NCBI GenBank assembly: GCA_040766265.1
Contig: JAXGQW010000010.1
Coordinates: 363-64,362, forward strand
Length of the DNA stretch: 64,000 bases
Origin: Verrucomicrobiota bacterium
GTDB taxonomy: Bacteria; Verrucomicrobiota; Verrucomicrobiia; Limisphaerales; J093
Direction of reading: 5' to 3'
Below, piece after piece: positions 17,724 through 25,850 of the stretch. Position 1 is the first letter of the stretch; each line of letters opens with the position of its first letter. Below the pieces are notes generated by a model that was not told the DNA's origin, ran no database searches, and saw nothing but the letters and a program-made list of their open reading frames with translations. The translations under genes and the position numbers were made by a program.

Positions 17724-19283
17724 ATGCGCGCAATCTCAAACCCAAGCCGCCCCCCGGGCGGCAAGTACAACACCCGGCATTGCCCCGCGCTCGATGGGGT
17801 GATCACCCCGGCGGACTGCGGAGCCAAACGCGGCAGCAAGCTCGATTGCCCCGACGATTGCCCCTTCTTCCCCTTCGCCCGCGCCGGTCTCGATCTCTGG
17901 GTGAAGGTGGACAATGCCTGGACGGCCAAAGCCCTCCGCTACGTCGAAAGACACATGAAACTGGCCCGGTTCCAGGAGGTGGTCCAGCGCCAGCGGATCT
18001 CGATGCGAAGCGAGCAGCTCGAACTCGAATGCGCTGTCCAGAACGCGCTCTACACAGTCCTGTTCATCCAGCGGGACGCCGCGGGCATGACCCTCGCCCA
18101 GAAGTGGGAGAGCGAAAACTGGGCGGGCCTGAACAACGATGAGCAGGTGATGATGCGCTGCCGACTCCGCGGGCGCCCAACAGTGATCGAGGCCCAGCGC
18201 ATCGTCGACGACCGGGTCGTCGAGTGCCTGGATGTCCTCGACCCCGCAGCCGGCCCGTTCCGCGTTCTCGATCGCGGGCTGGCCGCTCGAATGGTCCGCT
18301 TCAGCCGCATTCTCACCTGGCTGATCCCCTATCCCCATTTCTCACGCGTATCAGCCAGCGCCATCGAAGTGCCTTACCCCCTGTGGCCCGAGTGGCGCGC
18401 CAGCGTCGAGCAACGCCATCAGACCGCTCGAGAAACGCGTCCGGATCTCACCCTCAAGGATTTCCTGGCCGAGGCGATCGTTGAAACCACCATGCTCGTG
18501 GGGGAATTGAACGACGCCCACCGCGCCCGCATGCTCGCCAGTCTCGATTTCGAGCACTGCTTGACCCTCTTCCGCTACACCTGCCCTCGAGCCGATCTCG
18601 AGCGGGTCTTCGACGCTAAACCGGATTTCGAGCGGACCGACCAAGACGATCGATCCCCCGCCGATCGCGCCCTCGCCGCTTACAACTGGGTCGCCCGGGG
18701 CGAATCCGCCGCGCTCGTCCAGAGGCCACGGAGCGAATCCGCCGCGGGCACGGACTCCCCGGCTGAATCGGTGCCGGCGTTCGGGACTGTGCGGCTGTTC
18801 GAGGAATTGGTCGCATTCGACACGTTCTCAAAACGCAAACAGGCCTTTCTTCGCCAAATGATCGAGCGCGATTTCGGATCGTTGCTCGCGTTCGAACAGG
18901 AAACGGTCAAGAGCTTGGCCACCATCATGGCCGAACGCGCGCGACGCGAACGCACCCTGGCCTCCGCCGAACATATGGCTTTCGGCGATGCCGCCCAAGT
19001 GGCGCCCGCCGCAGCCGATCCCGCCCCTCAGGATCCGGAGGCGGCCAAAAAGGCGCGGGCGGAACAGCATCTTCGCGAGTATCGGGAGTTCCTCGACCAG
19101 GGCATCCCCGCCCTCGACGGGTTGACCCCGCGCGCCGCGTCGACGGATCCGGAAAAGCGCCCGCTGTTGATCGAGTTGATGAAACAGCACCTGATCAACC
19201 TCGAACAACAGAATCGCGATCAAGGCCTCAACCTGACACTCGACTGGGCTCTCGAGGAACTGGGACTTCGCGAGCTGTTATGA
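17724..19283 (+). CDS. Hypothetical protein with N-terminal 4-Cys cluster and C-terminal MbcA/ParS/Xre-like motif
   Basis: 519-aa ORF; CPA..C..RG...CP..CPF; C-terminal FLDQGIPALDGLTPRAA; stop overlaps next ATG. Confidence 0.75.
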   Translation: MRAISNPSRPPGGKYNTRHCPALDGVITPADCGAKRGSKLDCPDDCPFFPFARAGLDLWVKVDNAWTAKALRYVERHMKLARFQEVVQRQRISMRSEQLELECAVQNALYTVLFIQRDAAGMTLAQKWESENWAGLNNDEQVMMRCRLRGRPTVIEAQRIVDDRVVECLDVLDPAAGPFRVLDRGLAARMVRFSRILTWLIPYPHFSRVSASAIEVPYPLWPEWRASVEQRHQTARETRPDLTLKDFLAEAIVETTMLVGELNDAHRARMLASLDFEHCLTLFRYTCPRADLERVFDAKPDFERTDQDDRSPADRALAAYNWVARGESAALVQRPRSESAAGTDSPAESVPAFGTVRLFEELVAFDTFSKRKQAFLRQMIERDFGSLLAFEQETVKSLATIMAERARRERTLASAEHMAFGDAAQVAPAAADPAPQDPEAAKKARAEQHLREYREFLDQGIPALDGLTPRAASTDPEKRPLLIELMKQHLINLEQQNRDQGLNLTLDWALEELGLRELL

Positions 19284-21895
19284 ACTCCCATTCTCCTCGA
19301 TCCCTGGCCCGCATGGCTTCCATCGTGCGAAGTCTCATCGGCCGACCAAGGAACGTGGCAGATGTTGGGCTAAGGTGGCTGCCGCTCCTGGCCGGGCTGC
19401 TTATGGCAGGGGGCACAGTCCAGGCGGCGGAAGCTATCCAGAAGGTCTCCACCTTGGCCCAGGCGATTGCCCGGCTCACCGCCGATTACGGCGATCTCTA
19501 CCGGGCCGGGCAGCGCCACGCCGAGAGACTCGACGCGATCCGCCAGGCCCTCGAAGCCGCGCCGCCGGGCTCCTCGACCGCCGCGGAAGCGGAGCTCGAG
19601 ACACTCGAACGCGAGGCCTTGCTCGCCCATCCCATCCTCGATGCGCACCCTCTGCTCTTTGTGGTCCGACGCCAATACGCCCGGGACCACCACAACACGG
19701 CAACGTTCTTTCCGAAGGCCAAGACCGAGTTCAACGACGGCGCGTTCGCCGGCGGCGGCGCCCTGCGTCTGCTCGATCGGAAGACGGGAGGGCGTCTGAC
19801 CACGCTGATCGAGCTGCCCGAGGGAATCGTGCGCGATCCGGACGTCGACTATGACGGGCAGCGGATCGTGTTCGCCCTGCGCCGCAACGCCGAGGACAGC
19901 TACCACATCTGGCAGATCCGGCCCGACGGCACGGGCCTGAAACAGCTCACGTTTGCCGAAGACGTCGATGATCTTGACCCTGTCTGCCTGCCCGACGGAG
20001 GGATCGCGTTCTCATCGACGCGCGAACCCAAGTACTGCATGTGCAACCGGCACATCATGGCGAACCTCTACCGGATGGAGGCCGACGGCTCGAATATCCA
20101 CCAGATCGGCAAGAGCACGCTCTTCGAAGGCCATCCGGTCGTCATGCCCGACGGACGGCTCCTCTATGACCGCTGGGAATATGTCGACCGCAACTTCGGC
20201 GACGCCCAAGCCCTCTGGACGGTGAATCCGGACGGATCGAATCACGCCATCTATTGGGGCAACAACACGCCGTCACCCGGGGCCGTGATTGACGGACGCC
20301 CGATCCCCGGCACCGCCCAGGTCCTCTGCGTGTTCGGCTCGTGCCACGACCGTCCCTGGGGCGCCCTGGCCATCATCGACAGGCGCCTGGGCCTCGATGG
20401 ACGCCAGGCCGTCGTGCGCACCTGGCCGCCCGAAGCCATCGATCTCGTCAAAGACCAGGGCTGGGAGTTGTTCGACACCTTCAGTCAGGTCCGCCTCAAG
20501 TACGAGGATCCGTATCCGCTCGACGCGCACTTCTTCCTCTGCGCGCGCATGACAGGCGAGGGCGAGCAAACCGCCATCTGCCTGGTTGACCTCTTTGGCA
20601 ACGACATCCTGGTTCACGCGGAGGCGCCCGGATGTTTTGACCCGATCCCGCTGGCGCCTCGGGCGCGTCCGGCCCGCGTGGGGGACCGCCGCGATTTCGC
20701 GCGGGCGGAAGGAACCCTGTACGTCGCGAATGTCCGCGTCGGCACGCACATGACGGGTGTCAAGCCCGGCGCAGCCCGCTTCCTGCGCGTGATCGAGTCG
20801 CCCGAGAAACGGACCTGGACCATCCCCGCATGGAACGGGCAGGGCCAGGAAGCGCCGGCGATGAACTGGCACGATTTCAATAACAAACGCATCCTCGGCA
20901 CTGTGCCAATCGAGTCCGACGGTTCCGCCCATTTCGCGCTGCCCGCGGACACGTTTGTCTATTTTCAGGTCCTGGACGAACGCGGCATGCTGATCCAGTC
21001 GATGCGCAGCGGAACAATGGTCCAGCCGGGCGAACGCGCCAGTTGCATCGGATGTCACGAGGACCGGCGGCAGACCCCGCCGTCAACCCAGCCCGCCCGG
21101 TCGATCGCCCTCCAGCGGGCGCCGAGCCCGCTGACCGGATGGCACGGCCCGCCGCGTCTCTTCAATTATCTGACCGAAGTCCAGCCGGTCTGGGACCGCC
21201 ATTGCGTGCGTTGCCATGACTTCGGAACCGAAGGGGGATCGAAGCTCAACCTGGCGGGCGACCGCGACCTCGTCTTCAACGCGTCGTACAACGAACTCTG
21301 GCGCAAGAAATGGATTCAGGCCGTTGGAGCCGGGCCCGCCGAGACGCTCCCGGCCTACGCCTGGGGCTCGCATCGAAGCCGCTTGCTCGAGTATCTGGAC
21401 ACCGCCCACCACGACGTCAACCTGAGTCCCGAGGAATTTGACCGCGTCGTCACGTGGATCGACCTCAATGCGCCCTACTACCCCCTCTACGCCAGCGCGC
21501 ACCCGCGCAATCTCGCTGGCCGCTCGCCGCTCGACGACCTCCAGTTGGCACGGCTCGAACAGTTGACCGGCGTGCCCCTGCGCAGCCTCGCGGCGCACAA
21601 CAGCAACCGCGGCCCCCAAGTCAGCTTCGATCGCCCCCCCTCGAGTCCGTGCCTGTCCGGCATCGGTCTATTAGACTATCCCAAACGCCAGGAGGCGCTG
21701 GCGCTGATCCAGGACGGACGGGCATTGCTTCTCGAACGCCCCGGCGCCGACCAGCCCGGCTTCGTCGCCTGCGAAGCCGATCGTTCGAGGGAGGAACTCT
21801 ATCAAACACGCCGCCAAATGGAACAGCGTCACCGGACTGCCATGCGCGAGGGCCGTCGCACCCATGACACCGTCCGGTCCGACTCGAGTCCATGA
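19280..21895 (+). CDS. Exported TolB-like beta-propeller / hydrazine synthase alpha-like protein with 2 CxxCH
   Basis: RDPDVDYDG.RIVF, RWEYVDR, LGTVPIESDGSAHF..PA...YFQ.LD.RG..IQ.MRS, CIGCH, CVRCH; signal-like segment; start uncertain. Confidence 0.85.
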   Translation: MNSHSPRSLARMASIVRSLIGRPRNVADVGLRWLPLLAGLLMAGGTVQAAEAIQKVSTLAQAIARLTADYGDLYRAGQRHAERLDAIRQALEAAPPGSSTAAEAELETLEREALLAHPILDAHPLLFVVRRQYARDHHNTATFFPKAKTEFNDGAFAGGGALRLLDRKTGGRLTTLIELPEGIVRDPDVDYDGQRIVFALRRNAEDSYHIWQIRPDGTGLKQLTFAEDVDDLDPVCLPDGGIAFSSTREPKYCMCNRHIMANLYRMEADGSNIHQIGKSTLFEGHPVVMPDGRLLYDRWEYVDRNFGDAQALWTVNPDGSNHAIYWGNNTPSPGAVIDGRPIPGTAQVLCVFGSCHDRPWGALAIIDRRLGLDGRQAVVRTWPPEAIDLVKDQGWELFDTFSQVRLKYEDPYPLDAHFFLCARMTGEGEQTAICLVDLFGNDILVHAEAPGCFDPIPLAPRARPARVGDRRDFARAEGTLYVANVRVGTHMTGVKPGAARFLRVIESPEKRTWTIPAWNGQGQEAPAMNWHDFNNKRILGTVPIESDGSAHFALPADTFVYFQVLDERGMLIQSMRSGTMVQPGERASCIGCHEDRRQTPPSTQPARSIALQRAPSPLTGWHGPPRLFNYLTEVQPVWDRHCVRCHDFGTEGGSKLNLAGDRDLVFNASYNELWRKKWIQAVGAGPAETLPAYAWGSHRSRLLEYLDTAHHDVNLSPEEFDRVVTWIDLNAPYYPLYASAHPRNLAGRSPLDDLQLARLEQLTGVPLRSLAAHNSNRGPQVSFDRPPSSPCLSGIGLLDYPKRQEALALIQDGRALLLERPGADQPGFVACEADRSREELYQTRRQMEQRHRTAMREGRRTHDTVRSDSSP

Positions 21896-24623
21896 CGCCA
21901 ACGCGCACCATCAAGCAGGAAATGCCCCCGTCTTGAACAAATCACTGTCACCAGTCACACCCTCTCCCGTGGCCGCGGGATCGGCCCTCCGACAATTGGT
22001 TGCAGCCCTGCCGCGCCGTGCATTGGCGGTTTTCAGTCTGGCACTCACGTCGGCTGCCGCCGATCTCTACGTCCAGCGCGAGACTTGGGTGGACACCATG
22101 CTCGCCACGCGCGCCGCCTTGCACTCGACCCCGATCGCCGACGATGTCCGAGGCGATGCCGCCCGGGAGATCCAAGCGGGCTTCGACCGGGACTTCCCGA
22201 TGGCCTGGGATTGGTGGCGACAGGACAGCGGACGCGACAGACTGCGCTGGTTCGAGACCAATCGTACGGCCGATCTGGAGTCGGCTCTCATTCAGCGTGT
22301 GCTTGCCTCGGGCGAGCTGAACAATCGCGAGTTGGAAAACGAATGGCGCCGATTGCGCGACACATCCGCCTCGATCGAGGATCCGGCCTGGCTCCGCCTC
22401 TACACCCAGGCCTGCGCCCTGCGCCGTAACCTGCGGCTGGCCGCGTTCCGGCAGCACTGGCCGCGCATCGTTTTCACCAAACACTCCAACCTCGGCGGGT
22501 CCCACTACGCCTACACCGAGGGCCAGTCCGATGCCCAACACGAGCGCACGTTTGTCCCAGGCGCCGCGCTCTGTCTCCTCGAATCCGACGGGCCCGCCGA
22601 GCGCGTGCGCACGTTGATCGACGACCCACGGGGGGTCGTCCGCGACCCCGACGTCTCGTGGGACGGGCGTCGAATCCTCTTTTCCTGGAAACGGTCCGAT
22701 CGCGACGACGACTTCCACCTCTACGAGTACGATCTCGAAGCCTCGCGCGTGCGCCAGATTACGTCCGGACTCGGCTTTGCGGACTACGAGGGCGTGTACT
22801 TGCCAAGCGGCGACCTGATGTTCAACTCGACCCGCTGCGTGCAAACGGTCGATTGCTGGTGGACGGAGGTCAGCAACCTCTACACCTGCGACCGCGATGG
22901 CGGGCGCCTGCGCCGTCTGACCTTTGACCAGGTCCACGACAATTTCCCCACGGTCATGCCCGACGGACGCATCCTCTACACGCGCTGGGAATACAGCGAT
23001 CGCGGCCAGATCTTCGTGCAGGGGCTCTTCCAGATGCACGCCGACGGCACCGGGCAAACCGAGTTCTACGGCAACAATTCCTGGTTCCCGACCGCGCTCC
23101 TCCACGCGCGCGGCATCCCCAAGAGCCAGGAGGTCGTCGCCGTCTTCTCCGGACATCACACCCTCCAGGTCGGCAAACTCGGAATCATCATTCCGGCCCG
23201 CGGACGCCAGGAGAATCATGGCGCGCGCCTCATTGCACCCGTTCGCGAGACCGCGGCCGAGCGCATCGACGCTTACGGACAGGAAGGCGAACTCTTCGCG
23301 TATCCCTATCCGCTCAGTGCCGCCGAGTTCCTCGTGTCTTACACCCCCGACGGTTGGGCCGTCGACCCCGCGTTCTTCAAACTCTACTGGTTCCACGCCG
23401 ACGGACGGCGCGAACTGCTCGCCTCTGACCCTGACATCTCCTGCCACCAGGCGATTCCGCTCGCCCCGCGCGCCACTCCGCCCGAGAGGCAAAGCACATT
23501 GGATTTGACCCAGGACACGGGCGTCTTTGCCCTGCAAGACGTCTATGCCGGACCGGGGCTCGAAGGCGTGCCGCGCGGCACAATCAAACAACTGCGCGTG
23601 ATTGCCCTGAACTATCGCGCGGCCGGGATCGGACAAAACTTCAACGCGGGGCCAGCCGGCGACGCCCTGGTGAGCACGCCCATCGCCGTCGGCAACGGCG
23701 CCTGGGACGTGAAGATCGTCCTCGGCGACGCGGACTTGTTCTCCGACGGTTCAGCCTGCTTCAAAGTCCCGGCCCGGACGCCTGTCTATTTCCAGGCCAT
23801 CGACGACCGCGGATGCGCCGTCCAGACCATGCGCAGTTGGAGCACCCTTCAGCCCGGCGAGATCGCAAGTTGCGTCGGGTGTCACGAATCGAAGAACCAA
23901 ACCCCTCCGGCTCACGGCGCCATGCCCCTGGCTGCACGGGCCGGCCCCCAACCGCTGACCCCCTTCCATGGGCCGCCGCGCGGCTTCAGCTTTCAACGCG
24001 AGATCCAGCCAATCCTCGACCGACACTGCGTCCGCTGCCACAGCGATTCCGTCCGCTTCAACGACATTGTGAATGGCCCGGCCGACGCCGCACTGCCCTG
24101 GTCAGCCCCCGGGAGAGATCCGGCAGAGCCCGTCAAGGCCCTCTCGCTGCCGCTCAACCCGGCGGCCGACGCCGGCCCGGCCTCCGCCGCGCACCCGATC
24201 GAGGTCGCTTTCAGTCTCAAGGACGATCCGGTGACCGAACTGGGGGCTGGCCGGCGTTGGACGGAGGGTTACCTTGCGCTGGCCCAGGCCCGCTGGACCC
24301 GGATCGCCGGTGAGGAGTGCTTCGCCGGCATTCCGACGGCCTTGGTCAATTGGATCAGCGCGCAGTCTGTGCCGGAATTGCTGCCGCCCTATCACCGCGG
24401 CGCCGCGTGCAGCCGGCTGATGAACATGCTGGCCGAGGGCCATCACGGAGTCGCGCTCTCGCGCATGGAATTCGAGACGATCGCCTGCTGGATCGACCTG
24501 CTGGTCCCTTTCTGCGGTGACTACGCGGAGGCGAACACCTGGACCGCCGAGGAGCAGAGCAAGTACGTCCGCTTCCTCGAGAAACGCCGCAAGTCTGAGA
24601 AGATGACCATTGCGAGCGATTGA
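21864..24623 (+). CDS. Second hydrazine synthase alpha-like CxxCH protein (paralogue)
   Basis: RDPDVSWDG.RILF, RWEYSDR, DGSACF.VPA..PVYFQ..D..G.AVQTMRS, CVGCH, CVRCH; start uncertain. Confidence 0.85.
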   Translation: MTPSGPTRVHDANAHHQAGNAPVLNKSLSPVTPSPVAAGSALRQLVAALPRRALAVFSLALTSAAADLYVQRETWVDTMLATRAALHSTPIADDVRGDAAREIQAGFDRDFPMAWDWWRQDSGRDRLRWFETNRTADLESALIQRVLASGELNNRELENEWRRLRDTSASIEDPAWLRLYTQACALRRNLRLAAFRQHWPRIVFTKHSNLGGSHYAYTEGQSDAQHERTFVPGAALCLLESDGPAERVRTLIDDPRGVVRDPDVSWDGRRILFSWKRSDRDDDFHLYEYDLEASRVRQITSGLGFADYEGVYLPSGDLMFNSTRCVQTVDCWWTEVSNLYTCDRDGGRLRRLTFDQVHDNFPTVMPDGRILYTRWEYSDRGQIFVQGLFQMHADGTGQTEFYGNNSWFPTALLHARGIPKSQEVVAVFSGHHTLQVGKLGIIIPARGRQENHGARLIAPVRETAAERIDAYGQEGELFAYPYPLSAAEFLVSYTPDGWAVDPAFFKLYWFHADGRRELLASDPDISCHQAIPLAPRATPPERQSTLDLTQDTGVFALQDVYAGPGLEGVPRGTIKQLRVIALNYRAAGIGQNFNAGPAGDALVSTPIAVGNGAWDVKIVLGDADLFSDGSACFKVPARTPVYFQAIDDRGCAVQTMRSWSTLQPGEIASCVGCHESKNQTPPAHGAMPLAARAGPQPLTPFHGPPRGFSFQREIQPILDRHCVRCHSDSVRFNDIVNGPADAALPWSAPGRDPAEPVKALSLPLNPAADAGPASAAHPIEVAFSLKDDPVTELGAGRRWTEGYLALAQARWTRIAGEECFAGIPTALVNWISAQSVPELLPPYHRGAACSRLMNMLAEGHHGVALSRMEFETIACWIDLLVPFCGDYAEANTWTAEEQSKYVRFLEKRRKSEKMTIASD

Positions 24624-24698
24624 GAAACGAAACGGGTCCCGGAGAACAGGAATATTGTGTTTGACGGAACGCGCGGGTCCGGGTCGAGGCTCGTGGGC

Positions 24699-24843
24699 GT
24701 GGTGCGCAAGTTGCGAATCGAAGGTCCGGGGGCGGTGTACCATGTGCTGAGGCGCGGGAATCAGGGCGGCTGCATTTATCAAGGGGGATAGAGGTCGGAC
24801 ACTGTTCTTGGACACGCTGGCCGAGGGTGTCGAGAAGGCGGGG
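24699..24843 (+). pseudogene. Truncated REP-associated tyrosine (Y1/RAYT) transposase N-terminus
   Basis: VRKLRIEGPGAVYHVLRRGN, frameshift in G-run, then DRGRTLFLDTLAEGVEKAG; ends before the HUH motif. Confidence 0.7.
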
Positions 24844-24948
24844 GAAGAACTGACCGCCTGGTGTCTGGACGTCAACGATCTGGTGGTGTCCAAGCTCAAC
24901 GCGGGCCGACTGAAGGACTATGAGTTCATTAACGCCCTGCTGCGCGCG
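24844..24948 (+). pseudogene. Fragment resembling DUF6036-type nucleotidyltransferase C-terminal half
   Basis: WCLDVNDLVVSKLNAGRLKDYEFINALL, fused in frame to the RAYT fragment. Confidence 0.45.
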
Positions 24949-25052
24949 GTTCTCACAAATGACAATCGGCGACTCGCATGGCCGAATGGGATTGTCGTTT
25001 ATAGGCACCGACCCCTTCTCTTGTCGTTCGCAAGAACGGATGACTACATACC
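24949..25052. repeat. Imperfect palindromic element, copy 1
   Basis: GTTCTCACAAATGACAAT 24949-24966; inverted arm ATTGTCGTTTATAGGCACCGACCCCTT 24991-25017; TTGTCGTTCGCAAGAACGGATGACTACATACC 25021-25052. Confidence 0.8.
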
Positions 25053-25370
25053 AGCGATTGCGAGCCCTTGGATGATGCGGACGCCGATGGCCCGTCGACG
25101 TTCCGGCGACACCGATCCCCGGTGACGAGTCAACCGGGCTTTTTCGACCGTGTACAGGAGGTCACAGCGACAGAGTGTCTTCAGCTCGAGCCCATCGGCG
25201 GCATCGAGAACGACTTCATTCGCCCTTGGCTCGCGCGCATGGGCCGGCCGCATCGTGCGACAGCCGAGGACCACCACTTCGGGCCGCGCGTCGATCCGCG
25301 CCTGGCAAGACACCAACACACAGGGGTGTTCCCCGAAGACATCGTCCGTGTAGATGTCCCAGGCTTTCAC
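25044..25370 (-). CDS. PemK/MazF-family toxin
   Basis: 108 aa; WDIY..HPCVLVS..VVVLGC..GL...TLCRCD.L.TV.K..L...RGSVS pattern; overlaps upstream antitoxin. Confidence 0.8.
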   Translation of the reverse strand: MKAWDIYTDDVFGEHPCVLVSCQARIDARPEVVVLGCRTMRPAHAREPRANEVVLDAADGLELKTLCRCDLLYTVEKARLTRHRGSVSPERRRAIGVRIIQGLAIAGM

Positions 25371-25648
25371 GCCGGGACCTCAATCCTCTGTGCGGCCATC
25401 AAGCGCCCGATTTGCACCCGATCGTCGTCCTTCTGAGCATACAGCAGTCGGACTCGCTGGGTGGGGAGCGGTTCGACGCATGTCAACCGGCCCTGGGTGC
25501 GGCGCAGGGCGGCTCGCACCTTCGGGAGACCCACCCTCAATGCCTGGCGCATCACTTCGGCGCGGCTCATCCCCGCTTCCAGAGCCGTCTGGCGAACCGT
25601 CCGAGCAAGTTCTTCATTCATCGGCAAAGGATAGACTGCGCTTGCCAT
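25367..25648 (-). CDS. Putative RHH/CopG-like antitoxin
   Basis: 93 aa; YPLPM.EEL...VRQTA...GMSRAEVMRQAL; 4-bp overlap with toxin. Confidence 0.75.
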   Translation of the reverse strand: MASAVYPLPMNEELARTVRQTALEAGMSRAEVMRQALRVGLPKVRAALRRTQGRLTCVEPLPTQRVRLLYAQKDDDRVQIGRLMAAQRIEVPA

Positions 25649-25698
25649 ATAGGAAGCCTATGCGGACATGAGACACGATTCAAGCCTGAATCACCGAG

Positions 25699-25793
25699 AA
25701 GGGGTCGTGAAGGGGTCAGTTCTCACAAATGACAATGAAGGCGGGCCGCAATTGTGTTCGATTGTCGTTCGCAAGAACGGATGACTACATACC
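25699..25793. repeat. Imperfect palindromic element, copy 2
   Basis: AAGGGGTC twice, GTTCTCACAAATGACAAT 25719-25736, 32-bp block 25762-25793 identical to 25021-25052. Confidence 0.8.
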
Positions 25794-25850
25794 CGATCGA
25801 GACTGGGCGCCTCTATTGCCCGTTGTCTCGATGCGTGATCTAATGCCGGG

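Noticed and set aside
19280-24623. Anammox hydrazine synthase cluster
   Set aside because: Only alpha-like domains; no beta/gamma subunits or HAO-like genes; such proteins are common in non-anammox PVC bacteria
24949-25793. Integron attC sites around the TA pair
   Set aside because: Arms read GTT...AAC, not RYYYAAC...GTTRRRY, and no integrase is present
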